This document shows positions 39,495 through 53,081 of a stretch of 64,000 bases of DNA, one piece after another; position 1 is the stretch's first letter, and the number at the start of each line of letters is the position of its first letter. Origin of the DNA: Vitrella brassicaformis CCMP3155 (Eukaryota; Protista; Chromerida); contig CDMY01000451.1 in the NCBI GenBank assembly GCA_001179505.1, positions 10,155 to 74,154 on the forward strand. Direction: 5' to 3'. A program made the translations under genes and the position numbers. The notes under the pieces were generated by a model, which had not been told where the DNA came from, did not search any database, and was given only the letters and a program-made list of their open reading frames with translations.

Positions 39495-40297
39495 TCACAT
39501 ATGCGCAGTATCAGTCACGACGACTGGCTTCGTAAACAATGCCTCCGGAAAAGTAATCTTCTGTGTGTCGTCTTTGTACGTAGAAGTGATAAGCAAAGCC
39601 GAAGTAGAGCGGGGTGGCCGAAGTAGAAAATCAGGTCCCGGAATGTCACAGATACAGCTACCCGAACAGGTCACCTTCCCATCTCCTTCAGGCATGCCGT
39701 CCTTCCACTGGCCTTCGTAAACAGTACCGCCCGAACAAGTCATCGGGTCGCAAAAACATCCAGAAGGGTCTTTGAAGACAAACCCATCCGGACAAGTCAT
39801 CTTCCCCCATCCCTCACGGGTGCCGCCTTTCCGTTGGCCTTCGTAGACGCTGTCACGCGGAAGAATCACCTTGACTCGGCCATACTGGAAGACAGAACCA
39901 CTCGGCCAAGTCATCTTTACATCTCCTTCACGTTTGTCAGCTTCCACTGGCCATCGTAGACACCATCCGAACAAGTCCACCGCCCAACCCCCGCACGCTC
40001 ATCGTCTTCCCACTGGCCTTCGTAGACACCGCCATCTGAATAAGTCATCCTCCCCTCTCCATCGCGCTTGCCGCCCTTCAGCTGGCCCTCGTAGCGACGG
40101 CCATCGGAGTAAGACACCTTTCCTTGCCCCTCGAAGGCCTCAAACCGCCGTAGACGCTCTTCAGCCTGCTCGCTCCGTCTTCGCCACTCATCCCGCTCTT
40201 CCCGCAGCCTGAGAAGCTCCTCTGCATCGACGGCCTGGACAAGGCTTGATGAAGCCTCAGAGGGAGCGTTGTGAGGGGAAGCCGGCGTGTCGGTCAT
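39495..40297 (-). pseudogene. Intronless MORN-repeat gene with a frameshift
   Basis: Repeats of YEGQWxDxxxxGxGxxT (GRRYEGQLKGGKRDGEGRMTYSDGGVYEGQWEDDERAGVG) follow a coiled coil. Near 39944, TGG AAG CTG replaces the expected TGG GAA GCT (1-bp deletion), and the repeats continue in another frame. Confidence 0.8.
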
Positions 40298-40489
40298 CGG
40301 CGAGGAAGCGGGAAGACGATAAGACGGGGCAGCGGGAAACAATGGATTGGCAGATCCTTGCAGCAGGTGGTTGCAGAGAGCCGAGAGGAGATCCTGGGGC
40401 CGAGAGGGATGCCGTGTGTTGGCGCCTCCCGCTGGTGCTGCAGCGGTTTCATGGAGCACCCTAGGCGCTTGTTGAAATGGCAGAGCAGG

Positions 40490-41340
40490 AGGGTGCCGTG
40501 AGAGGCGCCATTATCGGCTGAGATGTTCTCGATCAGCTTCTGAATGCGATCTCGGTGTGTCATGCTCTCGGCCTCTTCACAGCCCCGGTCAGCCTCCCCG
40601 GCCCTCGACGATATCGATGCCATTCGCGCCCATTATCATCAACAGCAGCTATGCCACCGAGATCTGTGATTCATCTGCTCGTCGGGAAAGCAGCGTGAGC
40701 TAGGGGACCCTCGACAGCTGCTTGCTTGCCTCCCGTCCGCCGACAGTCGGCTATCAAGATCCCAGCCCATCTTCCTCTGAGTTTCCTCTGTCCATGACGC
40801 TGCAAGTTCGGCGTTCAAGAAGATCCAAGCACTGGGGATCAGTCCATCTCTTCCAATGCCCTCTAGGGATGCCCCCTGTTTGGCCCTGCCGGTTTGGAGT
40901 TTGCCGCCTTACATCTCAGTCTACAGGAATCCTGTCAGCAGCTCGGACAAGCTATATCGTGTGGAGGGTCTGCACGACGTCACCATGGCGCGCTCAATCC
41001 CGATGAGAGAAGCGTGTTGACGGCTGGAACGGCTCTCCACACTTGGCGGCGTCACGAGGCATTCCCGATGTGGCAACGGCGCTGGCTGATCATGATGCAA
41101 CGATCATGATGCAACACGATACCCATGCCGTTGCTCATTTTCCGCCTTGTTGTTCCCTCTGGTTGGTGCAGGTACCCGGCAGTGTGTGCCGTCGAGTATC
41201 ATCGTGGCAACGACGAGGCCACCGATGGCGCCCGCGGCCATTCACCAGTAACAGCTGCAGCCACAAGGTCACTGCAGATCAGGAGCAGATGGTGAAACGC
41301 TTCCCGCTGGCGCCTCGCCATTCGGTGCTACTTTGATGGA
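40490..41340 (+). pseudogene. Degenerate ankyrin-repeat gene relic
   Basis: A frameshifted GW-TALH-LAASRGIPDVATALADHDA ankyrin-like unit at about 41020-41100, multiple stops, and homology to 15000-16160. Confidence 0.6.
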
Positions 41341-41891
41341 TGGCTGTGTGAGTGATTTGTGGGTCGATGCTTGTGCGAAAGGACACACAGACAGACGCCT
41401 CTCTATCTTTGCCCTCCGTGTCTCTGTGTGGGTGTGTGTGTCTGTGACGTCCTGGATGTCTCTCTCTCTGTGTGTGTGCGGGTGTGCGTGCAAAGGGAGA
41501 GGAGTGCGATAGCTGGCTGCCTGCCTAGGTAGAGTCTGTGGGTGGATGCCACCATGGACGGAAACATTTACCCGACAGACAGACAGATCGGTCGATATGC
41601 AGTCAGTCCTGCAGATCGGTAGATATTCATGTCAGCAGAGCAGTCTGTCCATCCATCCATCCCGTTTACAAACACATGAAGCCTTCTACTGGTCAGCCAC
41701 GCATCCACACGCACACAGACACACACATGAAGCTATGCTAGGCAGCGACTCAATGTCGTCGGCTAAGAACAACCCCCACTGCCCGTCTGCTACGAATAAT
41801 CCACCACACACAATAGACACACAGCATATACACACACACACACAGAGCAGACAGTTAGCCCGTCTTGTGAATGGGTGCCGTTCCCTCACCT

Positions 41892-44039
41892 TCAGGGATT
41901 GCGAATTGCAGTAACTACCGTCCATCCGCCGTCCGACCCGCTGATGGCTCGGGAGCAGAAAGCACCGATGTTGGCGCCAACAGGGAGGGAAGCGAGGATG
42001 GAATCGTGCTGCCCAGCTGTCGTCTCTTTGACCTGCAGTGTGACGCTCTGGAGGCCTCTGATGTGCGGGATCACCGATGAGAGGCGGGCACGGACGAAGC
42101 TGCCGGCATCCTGCACATCAGCAGGCACTGAGAGGGAGGGAACACACACAAGGCCAGAGATGAGGACGGAGGGACACACTTCCCCTCCCTCTCGGCGTAC
42201 GTGTCGTGGCGAAACGAAGTCCCGAGATTGTAGGCAAGCTGCCGACCGCCCCCACGAGTTGGTCGACCCCGACATCCCCCATCACCACATACCGCACCTC
42301 CCTCTGCCCCCCCAGCGCCGTCAACACGCCCACCTGCTCATCACCACCCAACACCCCGTAGGCGCACACCACCAGCACCTCCTCGGGCATCTTGGCGGCG
42401 AATAGCCGAGCAGCAGCAACAGCCAGGTCGCTCCAGACATGCAGCCGTGAGGCTTTCGGGAATGGCTTTAGGTGGGTGATGATGGTGGGGTGCGGCGATG
42501 GGGTGTTGGTCGGGGGATCGAAGTCGTCGGCATTCTTGACCTCCACCGTCTCGGCCTTGTCGAATGAGAGGCTGGATGCGATGTCGATGGCCAATTCGCT
42601 GGCATTGGCGTGCGGGTCGGCGAGGCCGTCCTGGGTGAGGATGTACTGCACACGCAAGGCCTGCCGGGCCAGCTGCTGCAGCATGGTCTTGAATGAGGGT
42701 GAAGGGTGGGAGGGAAAGTCGGCGGAGTCGAAAATGGACAGGTCGAACTCGGTATGGCCGAGGGTGGCGGTGGTGAGAATGAGTGGGGCGTCCTGTCGGC
42801 AGCACGTGCCGACCAGTCGGTCCAGGGCCACCAGGACGGGCAAGTTGCGGCGGCCGACGTGGGTGCCATAAAAGCACACGTGCAGCTGCTCGAGTGACTG
42901 TCGGCAGCCCCGCGCAACGAGCACTTCCTGCAGCAACAACAAACACAGATACAGGAAGGACATCATGAGCCAACCCCCACGACCTGCTGCACACGTGCGT
43001 GCTTTGTGTTCACCTAAAGCCGATCTATGCCCTCCCGCACCCGATGGTCGTGCCAGTCGATCTCGATTGTGCCGATGCTCTCCAGCTGAGCTAGTGGCCG
43101 TCCCGGTTGCCCAGCAGGTGCCGCAGGGATGCCCTCAAGTACACGCGGCCACACCTCACCCCCAAAGCTCCCGTCCACGCACCGCAGGGAGCGGGACGAG
43201 CTGATGAACTGGCCCAATCTGCCGGCGTCCCAATTCCGTTGCTGCGCGGTGGTGAGTGAGGGCATCTCCCAGCGTCGGTCGGCCAGCCCCTGATGGTCGC
43301 GGTGCAGACCCTCAATGGTCGTGAGTGCGTGGAGGGTCGGGGGCGGGTCGAGACGAGGTGGGAGGGAAGGGTATATCCTCAAGACGGTCCGCAGCTCCAG
43401 GTCGGTCACCCGAACCCCTTCTTCGATGGTGATGCTCTGCAGAGTCCCGCCACCCATGTTGGCTGCACGTCGGCCGGCAATGTGGCCCTCTACCATGGCC
43501 AGAAACACGTCCAAACACCACCGGGGGAAGCCGAGTGGGTAGCGAAGGACGATGGACGTGAGCTGCCTGAGGTATGTGGCCCATTCCTTGACGAGGTCGA
43601 TGGTGGCCGTCTGCCAAAACGACCGCTCGTGCTGGTCTGCTGCGCTGATGGTGAGGTGGTGCTGCTTCCGAGCCGCGTGCTGCCATGTCAGTGGCGGCAG
43701 CTGCAGCTGCATCAGCAGGTGGATTGGGAGGAAGGCCATGACGATGCTAAGGAGACCGGGCTGCACACAGCACAGCACACGGGACGGCAAGAGGTGTGAG
43801 TGTCAGTGTCTGGATCACCATGTCAGTGATTTGTTGCCGAAAGTTGCTTTCCCTCTCAGCGCGACGCTGTCGCTCCTCATCGCTGTCAACACCAGCAGCA
43901 GCAGATGAAGAGGCAGACGAAGAAGACGCTGCTGGTGTGCCCTCACGACGGGACTTCTTGACCTGCACACACGCACCCAATAGACAAACCCATTGCAGGG
44001 GTGCTGTGATGCCCTCACCTGTACATCGTCACCCTCCAT
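41892..44039 (-). pseudogene. Lineage-specific F-box-like family, copy B (nonsense mutation)
   Basis: Five exons homologous to copies A and C. The last codon of exon 3 is TAG (43014-43016), where A and C have CAG before the same donor. Confidence 0.8.
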
Positions 44040-44335
44040 TGCTGCTGTAGATCTAACTCAGCGGCTGGGCTCCGCGATGAGAACTCCGAGGCCTTCTCAG
44101 AGGCGACCACTTAACCAATTCTCCCGGTCCCTCCCTGACATCCAAACACACAGCACATGAGGGCGGCACCGATGGTGAATTGGCCTTCTCCCTCTCTCTG
44201 CCTGGCGTACCTCAGGAAGGATAGACGCGACGATGCCACTCAGTCAACTCATCGATTTGAGCAAGGACGCTGAGCCACCCCTCGATGCTGCACAGGGGTG
44301 GCTGCGTCCCCTTGCTTCGCTTTTTCTCTGAGATC

Positions 44336-44344
44336 TGCGAGCTT
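44336..44344 (-). promoter_or_regulatory. AAGCTCGCA motif in the copy B/SnoaL spacer
   Basis: TGCGAGCTT on the + strand between the ATGs at 44039 and 44451. Confidence 0.55.
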
Positions 44345-44450
44345 AATCTTTGATCTCATGCTGCTGCCCTTTGCTGCCGCCTGCCAGTGCCTGCATTTGC
44401 AGCCGTGCACATTTCAGCACTTCGCTTTGCGCCGCGCCTGTTCGTCATTC

Positions 44451-44932
44451 ATGGCTGTTGACTATGTGGCTCTTGCGCGAGAGTACGGGCGGCTGTCGAA
44501 TCTGCACGACCTGTCTGGCATTTTTCGCATGATCAACGACGATGCCGTCATCTATGGGAATGAGGGGCGGGCGGCCATCGTCGAAGGAATGAGGGCGTTC
44601 AGAAGGAGATACAAAGACGTATACTGGGTGGTGAGCTTATGAGCACACACAATGGACTGACTCACGGAAGCCATCTATGTGTCTGCCTGTGTGGCTGTAT
44701 GCAGTTTCATTCCTTTGAGCTGGTCGGCCCTCGTCAAGTGGAGTTTGCCTTCGACCGCTACTGGCGGGCCGACAGTGGCGATGGTGCTGCTGTTATGGTG
44801 TGCTCGGCTGCCGAAGTCATCACCTTCACGGAAGACGGCCTGATGCAGCGCATCGACTACAGCCGGCGGCCAACAGACCCGCAGCCATCGGCAGGCTATC
44901 CGGAAGGCGCACAAGTGACGCCAACCGATTGA
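44451..44932 (+). CDS. SnoaL-like/NTF2-fold small protein (2 exons)
   Basis: ALAREYGRLSNLHDLSGIFRMINDDAVIY...GRAAIVEGMRAF | ...QVEFAF...EVITFTEDGLMQRIDY fits the SnoaL-like pattern. Confidence 0.7.
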
Positions 44933-45974
44933 TGGATGAGTGGATGAGTGGATGGATTGAGAGGCAGTGACATTCTGAGCCTGGCGATTTGGTGTTGCCT
45001 TGTCTGACGCGACGATTTGCTTTTCCGTCTGTCTGCATTCGAGTCGATCTGTGGGTCCGGGCGGTTGGTGAGAGCAGGGACGCGGGACAAGGAGAGCGCA
45101 GGCAGACAGACAGACAGTCTGATAATAGACCGTGTGTCAAAAACGCTTCGCTTTTGTACAGTGTGTGTTGGTGTCCGTGTCTGCTGACTGGATGCGGTTC
45201 GTCCTGTCGATACAACATACATGCTATGGCAAAGAAAGGTTCAGAGAATTGTGGCCAGACAAATGTGCATTTGTGCGTGAATCTTTCGCTCACTACTACT
45301 TATGGGTTTTATCGAATCGTTTTCAGTCATCCGCGCGTTTCGGTTTCCATACATTCAGTCGTCAGTCTGTACACATCCATCCCACGCACCATGACGAGAA
45401 AGAAACTTTAAGCTCATCCGTCCCCTCCCTCACCCCTCGCTCCCCTGTGCTATCTATCTCTGTGTGGGCCGCTTCCTATCTCCCCCGTGAGCCCATCCCT
45501 GGACGCGCCGCTCACTTGCCAACCAGTCTATCATATCTTGGCGGTTGGTTGGAAGCGGGCAGGCACGGCTATCATGAGTTGCCCTTTTGCATGAGAGCAC
45601 TCCATCTCTCCCCCCATCTCTCTATCTTGTGCTACTATCTTGTGTGTGAAGGCTACCATATCATTCGTATCACGGCTATCGAGCGATGAGGATGGGCAGC
45701 ATGGGCACGGCAAACCACCCCTATCATCTTCTCGTGCCCACTCACCCACCCACCCACCCACCCACCCGAAACGACACACACCAGCCAGCCGTCCAGCCAC
45801 GCACATACATATGCACACACTGACGTCAAAAGGAACACTGCTGCGATAGATGTGCCTCGACACGCCAACCTGACTGACACATGAAGAGAGAGAGACCTGT
45901 GCTGTGCATGTCAGTGCCTCCCCTTCCCATCCCCCCCCCACTCACCGGAATCCATCCATTCGTATCGGTATCTA

Positions 45975-47479
45975 TCAGGTGGAGTGGCGCATGCACGAGA
46001 GGCGGCCGCCCAGCAGCACCCGTACGTCGTCCGCTCCGATGACGTCCCGCGCCTTGGGCACCGACTGGGGGAAGCGGGCCATGCCCCGCTGCCCCTTCTG
46101 CGGCCGCTCGGTCGTGAACAGCCGCACGCTCACGATGTCGGTGAACTTGAACATCCGAAGGTCCTCACTCCTGTGTGTTACGTTGGTGCCACACACACAT
46201 ACACACACACACACACGGACAAATAGCCCGATTGCCTTCGTATTGCTGAGAGTTTTTAGCGACCTACCTCTTTTTGGTGATGGCGATGTGCAGGGCGAAC
46301 GCGTCATCGGGTCCGTCACCGTAGAGCGTCACGACCCGCCCGACCTCCTGGAAAGCGAGCCAGCGGCAAACCGTGGGCCGCCCCCACACGGACGGCTCCT
46401 GCTGCGTGATGATGTCGTTGGCGCGCGTGAAGAGCGTCGCGGACTCCATGTCGCTAAGGTCGATGACCTCCTGCACGGAGACGACCTCACGGCGGCCCCG
46501 CAGCTGCGTGCTGAACGAATCAGGGCAAGACAGAAGGAATGCTATCAATACTGCAGTGGTGGTTGGCTGGTTTGCTCACTGTAGGAGGATCAGTTCCCGG
46601 AAAGCAGCATGAGTGCCGTACCAATCTGCACACACACACGACACACAGACAGACACACAAAGGAAGAAGCACGCATGAATGGCATCCGTAAGGCCAGGCA
46701 CTCCTTCCCAACTCGTCAGCCCGCTCACCGTTGGTGGGCAAGTCGTGTACGAAGTCGACGGTCTGGAAGGTGCCCGGGTACGCCAGGAAGGCGTTGACCT
46801 GATTCCTGTGCAGCCTTATCCCGTTGGCGCACGCAGATCGCTTCTGCATCCCCAGCCCAAGCGGCAGCCGCCCCACCAGCGTCAAATCATGCCCATCCCG
46901 CGCCAGCCGGTGACCCACCAACTGCCACTGCCGCAAACTCACCGGCAGCTCAGTGAACCCCTCGAACGCCTTCGCCTCGTGCGCGTCTTTGGCCGTCAGC
47001 CTGATGGGCAGCTCAGGCAGCCAGCCGTGGTGCGCGGCGATGCGCAGAGGAGCGAACCACCGCTGCCAGGGGCCGCCCGCATCCATGAAGTAAGCCAAGA
47101 GTAGGAGGAATGCCCGTGGGCAGGTGCTGTCGTAGGTCAGCACGCTCGCGAGGCCTGGGTTCTCACGGATAATGTGCTCCAGCCAGTCGACCGCCACAGC
47201 CAAGCCGAGGGCGCCTGAGGTGAAGGCGAGGGCTGCGCGAGACGCCACCGGGAGCAGCAGCACCACCTGCAACAGGAAGTCGGGCGGGAGGCCGTCGCGC
47301 TCGAAGAGTGGCGGTGCGGCGACGGCCCCAGAGGCTCTCTGATTGCGTGGCTGCTCGGAGGGCCCAGGGTGGGCCTGCCGACGACGTGCTGTGCGAGGCG
47401 GAGAGGCCACCCTCTCTGCCGCTGCCGCTGCACCGGTGCGACGGGCTCGTTTGGTCTTGGCCTTGCTTCGGGTCTCCAT
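45975..47479 (-). CDS. Lineage-specific F-box-like protein
   Basis: Long first exon (METRSKAKTKRARR...GLPPDFLLQVVLLLPV...AAHHGWLPELPIRLTA) plus three downstream exons. The LPIRLTA motif matches LPVRLTA in the 55358-57018 gene. Confidence 0.7.
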
Positions 47480-47550
47480 TGCGATAATAGGCGGATACAG
47501 GAAAGCTACAACAGAGCTCAACAAAAGCACGTGAGGCGCTCAACAACCCC

Positions 47551-47575
47551 AGCTCGCAATGGCTTTAAGCTCGCA
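47551..47575 (+). promoter_or_regulatory. Tandem AGCTCGCA/AAGCTCGCA motifs upstream of NTF2
   Basis: AGCTCGCA at 47551-47558 and AAGCTCGCA at 47567-47575, between the ATGs at 47479 and 47669. Confidence 0.6.
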
Positions 47576-47668
47576 CTTGAGTCGCATCTCGCCAGGCTCA
47601 CTTTCGGCTGCCTGGCCCCTTGTGGTTATCCCTTTTCGGATCTGGAGCTGCATCTTTCCAAAGGCAGC

Positions 47669-48571
47669 ATGGCGAGCAACGACTTTGCGTCCGTCGCCAT
47701 GCAGTTCGTGCAGCACTACTACAACACCTTCGACACCAACCGGCAAGCCACAGAGAGATGAAACGAAAATGAAGCCGGCCTGGCTGCTGCCACGCGAGCG
47801 CGTCTGTTATCTTGTGTTCTGTTGTTCTGTTGTCCTGCTGGTTGGTTGGTTGGTTGCATGCGTTTGTGTGTATGTGTGCAGGAATGGCCTTGCGCCGTTG
47901 TACGGCGAAGCGTCCATGCTGACCTTCGAAGATGCCCAATTCAAGGTGCGGACGGGGGAAGGCGAGATGGAACGGAAGGTGCATGTTCTCTTGTGTTGTG
48001 GTTTGTGTGGATGTGTGTCGTGGTGCAGGGCGTGCAGCAGATCATGCAGAAGCTCAACTCGCTGCAGTTCCAGCAGGTCGGTGGGCGGGCGGGCGGTGTT
48101 TGGGCGGGCAATGCTGGCCAGCACACACACGATGGATGGATGGATGGATGGACTGCGTGTGGATGCGTGGATGTGTGCATCAGATCCGCCATCAGGTCAT
48201 CAAGGTGGACAGCCAACCCTCCGTCAACAACGGCATCCTCGTTTTCGTCACGGGTCGGTGAGCGTCCACACACGCGCACCCCCGGGCGGGCGGGCGGGCG
48301 GGCGTACCGCGTTAAATGCATGAGCACTGATCATGTGTGTGTCTGTCTACATCTATATCTGTGTGTGACGGTCAGGGACCTTGATGGTCGACAACGAGGC
48401 GAATCCCCTCAAGTTTGCGCAGGTCTTCCACCTGCAGCCAAACGCACAAGGCGGCGGATACTACTGTACGCAACACTGCACACCACAACTGATACACGCA
48501 CACACCCAGACCGGTGTGTGGGTGTGTTTCATTCAGGTTTCAATGACCTTTTCCGACTCAACATCGGCTGA
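47669..48571 (+). CDS. NTF2: Nuclear transport factor 2
   Basis: FASVAMQFVQHYYNTFDTNRNGLAPLYGEASMLTFE...GVQQIMQKLNSLQF...VDSQPS..GILVFVTG.LMVD..NPLKFAQVFHLQP...FNDLFRLNIG*. Confidence 0.96.
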
Positions 48572-49460
48572 GCAGCATAGCATACCACCGATGTGCCCCG
48601 TGTGCTGACTGTGGTGCTGGTGGTGGTGTCTTTGTCTGTGAGTGGAGTGACAGAGTAGACAAGACAGGACAGGAGAGGACAGGAGAGGCATCAGTTTTGA
48701 TTTTCGCCTTTTTCCCGTCGTCAAGTCAAGGTCGTCTATATGTAGTATGTAGTAGATTCCTTCCCACCACACAGCACAGCACAGCACAGCACAGACCAAC
48801 AAGGCACGCACTGGGGCGCGGCACACCACCCATGCCCCCATCCGCCCTTCCATCATTTGTTTCGCATCTCGCCCCTCCTCCCCTCCCCCTCCCTCTTTGT
48901 CTGTGTACCTCTCTCTCTCTCCCTCTCCGCCTCTCTCTCTGTCTGCCTACGTGTTGGCGTGTGGCGTACGTTATATGCGACGACGGGCGGAGGACCTTTA
49001 TGGCATACACGTGTGTGTGTGTTCCCTGTGTGCGCGTGTATGTGTGCGTACGCGTGTGCGTTGCCGCCGTGAATTTAAGTGGGTGAGTGAGTGCGTGTCT
49101 GAGTGTGTGTCCAGATGGACCTGCAATGGCGTGGCGACAACGCCCACAGCTTTTGCAGCATGGCACAGCATTCAGACTTTATTATCACGAACGAAGCGAG
49201 TCATCAACTCATTCACACAACGAATTGTTGAGAGAGAGAGAGAGAGGGGCATGCAACACCACACCAGCCACTCACACCCCTCTCTCTCCCTCTTCGGCCC
49301 TCACGCGCACACCCAGCAGACCGAAACGCAATGACACGCAGGCAATAGACAGGGCTGCCGAATGAATGAGTGAGAGACCCCAAAGCGATCGATTAGAGAA
49401 GGAAACACAGACAGATGCAGCCCAAACAGGAGAGAGGCGTACGTGTGGACGAGGTTCATC

Positions 49461-50837
<1,377 letters not shown>

Positions 50838-50950
50838 GTTTGGACACAGGAAGGATCGACAGTGGACCGAATGATGCTCTACACCCTCAGCTGTCTGGGA
50901 TGAGCTACACAGTTCCTTCACAAGGGCTTCCACCTAAGCCCAGTGGCTCT

Positions 50951-50968
50951 AAGCTCGCATGCGAGCTT
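50951..50968. promoter_or_regulatory. Perfect 18-bp palindrome AAGCTCGCA-TGCGAGCTT in the Rab11/TRAF-like spacer
   Basis: Two abutting inverted copies of the motif, midway between the ATGs at 50837 and 51069. Confidence 0.65.
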
Positions 50969-51068
50969 TAAAGCCAAAAGGCGCAGGGACGACCGCCTCC
51001 ACTTGGCGCCTCTCCCGGCTGGCTGTGGCCTGCAAGCACAGCCTGCTCATTGCCTCAGTCAGTCTGCC

Positions 51069-53046
51069 ATGGGTCTGGATGAGCACCTGTTCGACTCGGC
51101 GGCGTCCAAACACGGGCTGCACGTCCTCAAACAGGTGAATGATGAACAGATGGGCGGGGTGGTGCTTAATGAGGGAGGAGTGGCGGTGGTCTGTGAATGG
51201 TTGGCGCATCTGTGTGTGGGTGTTTCCGTCTGTCTGTCCGTGTGCGCGTGTGTGTGTGTGTGTGTGATGCAGTTCCAGTGCTCAGGTGATGCTCGCTTGG
51301 ATGCAGATCAGATGAGCCACACGCACAGTCACACACGCCCGCCCGTTGGTGCGTTTCGTGTGTGTGCGTGTTGGTGCAGTGTGTCTGGACGTGGTCGAGG
51401 AGCCGGTCATCACGCGATGCTCGCACCTCTTCTGCAAATGTGACCGACGACCCTCCCATCAGATCAGCACACGGTTCTCTGTCTGTCTGTGTCCTGCAGC
51501 TTGTCTGAAGGGCGACAAGTGCCCCACTTGCCGCTCAGAGCCTGCTGATGTATCTGATTTGCGCGGTGAGTGACTGAGTGAATCCCACAGCACCACACCC
51601 ACACGCACACCCACACGCACACGCACACCACTCCGTGTGACGTGTGTCTGTCTGTCTGTGTGTGTAATGGCGCATTCGTTCAGAGGCGAGTCCTGCGCTC
51701 TATCGCATTTTAGGCGGCTTGTCGCTGCGCTGCCCCAATAGCACTCCCCCCCCACCGCCCATACCTGTCCGCCCATACGTCGCTGACACCGCCACCACCA
51801 TAAGGTACGCATCACCACACACACACACACACACACAAGACCCTTCTACACGCATTCGCATCCCCTTCCTCCCCCTCTCTGTCCCTCTGTGTGTGTGTAT
51901 GTTGCTTCACAGCTCCAGCACCTTGCCGACCCCCGTGGCAGTGCCAGATTTCTCATCCCGGAGGGAGCAACAGCAGCAGCGCAAATTCGACGCCGGCGCC
52001 AACGGCGGGGTCAGCAAACGGAACAAGGGCGGCGGAGAGGAGAAAAATGCCCCAGCATCCGGTGAGCTTGTAAACTTGTTCGTGGGCACCAACGCACCCA
52101 TCCATCCACCCTCTCTCTGTCTCTGTGGATTGCAGCGAGTGAGTCGTTTCGCGAGTTGGGCAGTGACTCGTGTCTGAGCGACGAGGGTGAGGGTGAGGAC
52201 GAGCTCGAGACCCACCGGCAGCGGCAGCAGGGCGGCCGGCAGGATGGCTGTGGGGTGGGAGAGGACGGCGAGGTCCAGTGCACGTGGCGGGGGGTGTACG
52301 CCGACCTGCACAAACACATGACTGAGGTCTGCCCCAAACGCACCGTCATCTGCCAGATCTGCGGCGCAAAGGTACGTGGCCGAGCGAGATGACACCCAAC
52401 AAAGCCAGCGGCGGACCGTCTCTCTTTCTGTGCGTGTGGGNNNNNNNNNNNNNNNNNNNNNNNNNNNNNNNNNNNNNNNNNNNNNNNNNNNNNNNNNNNN
52501 NNNNNNNNNNNNNNNNNNNNNNNNNNNNNNNNNNNNNNNNNNNNNNNNNNNNNNNNNNNNNNNNNNNNNNNNNNNNNNNNNNNNNNNNNNNNNNNNNNNN
52601 NNNNNNNNNNNNNNNNNNNNNNNNNNNNNNNNNNNNNNNNNNNNNNNNNNNNNNNNNNNNNNNNNNNNNNNNNNNNNNNNNNNNNNNNNNNNNNNNNNNN
52701 NNNNNNNNNNNNNNNNNNNNNNNNNNNNNNNNNNNNNNNNAGGTGTGTGCGGTGGACATGGACGCGCACAACGCCAGCGAGGCGTCGAGCCACCTGGCCA
52801 TCATGCAGGAGCGGCTGGCGTCGTGTGCTCGCATAGAGGACCTGGGCGACAGGATCGGCCAACTAGAAGCCAAACTGGAAAGATACGTCAAACACAAGTG
52901 AGCACAGTACGGGAGGAAGGGAGGGAGGGGACAGAGGGGGGGGAAAGCGATCCCCTTTCACTGCACTGTCTGTCTGTCTGCCTGTCTGCAGGCACCCTGA
53001 TGTGTGGACATTCACCATCGAGAATGCTAGCAAGGTGAGCGACGGA

Positions 53047-53081
<35 letters not shown>

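Noticed and set aside
43014-43016. Stop-codon reassignment or readthrough explaining the TAG in copy B
   Set aside because: TAG terminates intact genes in this window (7516, 13854, 38631, 53791), and the other lesions are frameshifts. A point mutation is simpler.
45000-45950. Locally AT-richer tract with 140-185 aa ORFs
   Set aside because: No recognisable motif, atypical composition and overlapping ORFs on both strands. It is probably convergent 3'-UTR or intergenic sequence.
44451-48571. Functional cluster of two NTF2-fold genes (SnoaL-like and NTF2)
   Set aside because: They share a fold only, show no sequence similarity, and are separated by an unrelated gene. The proximity is likely coincidence.
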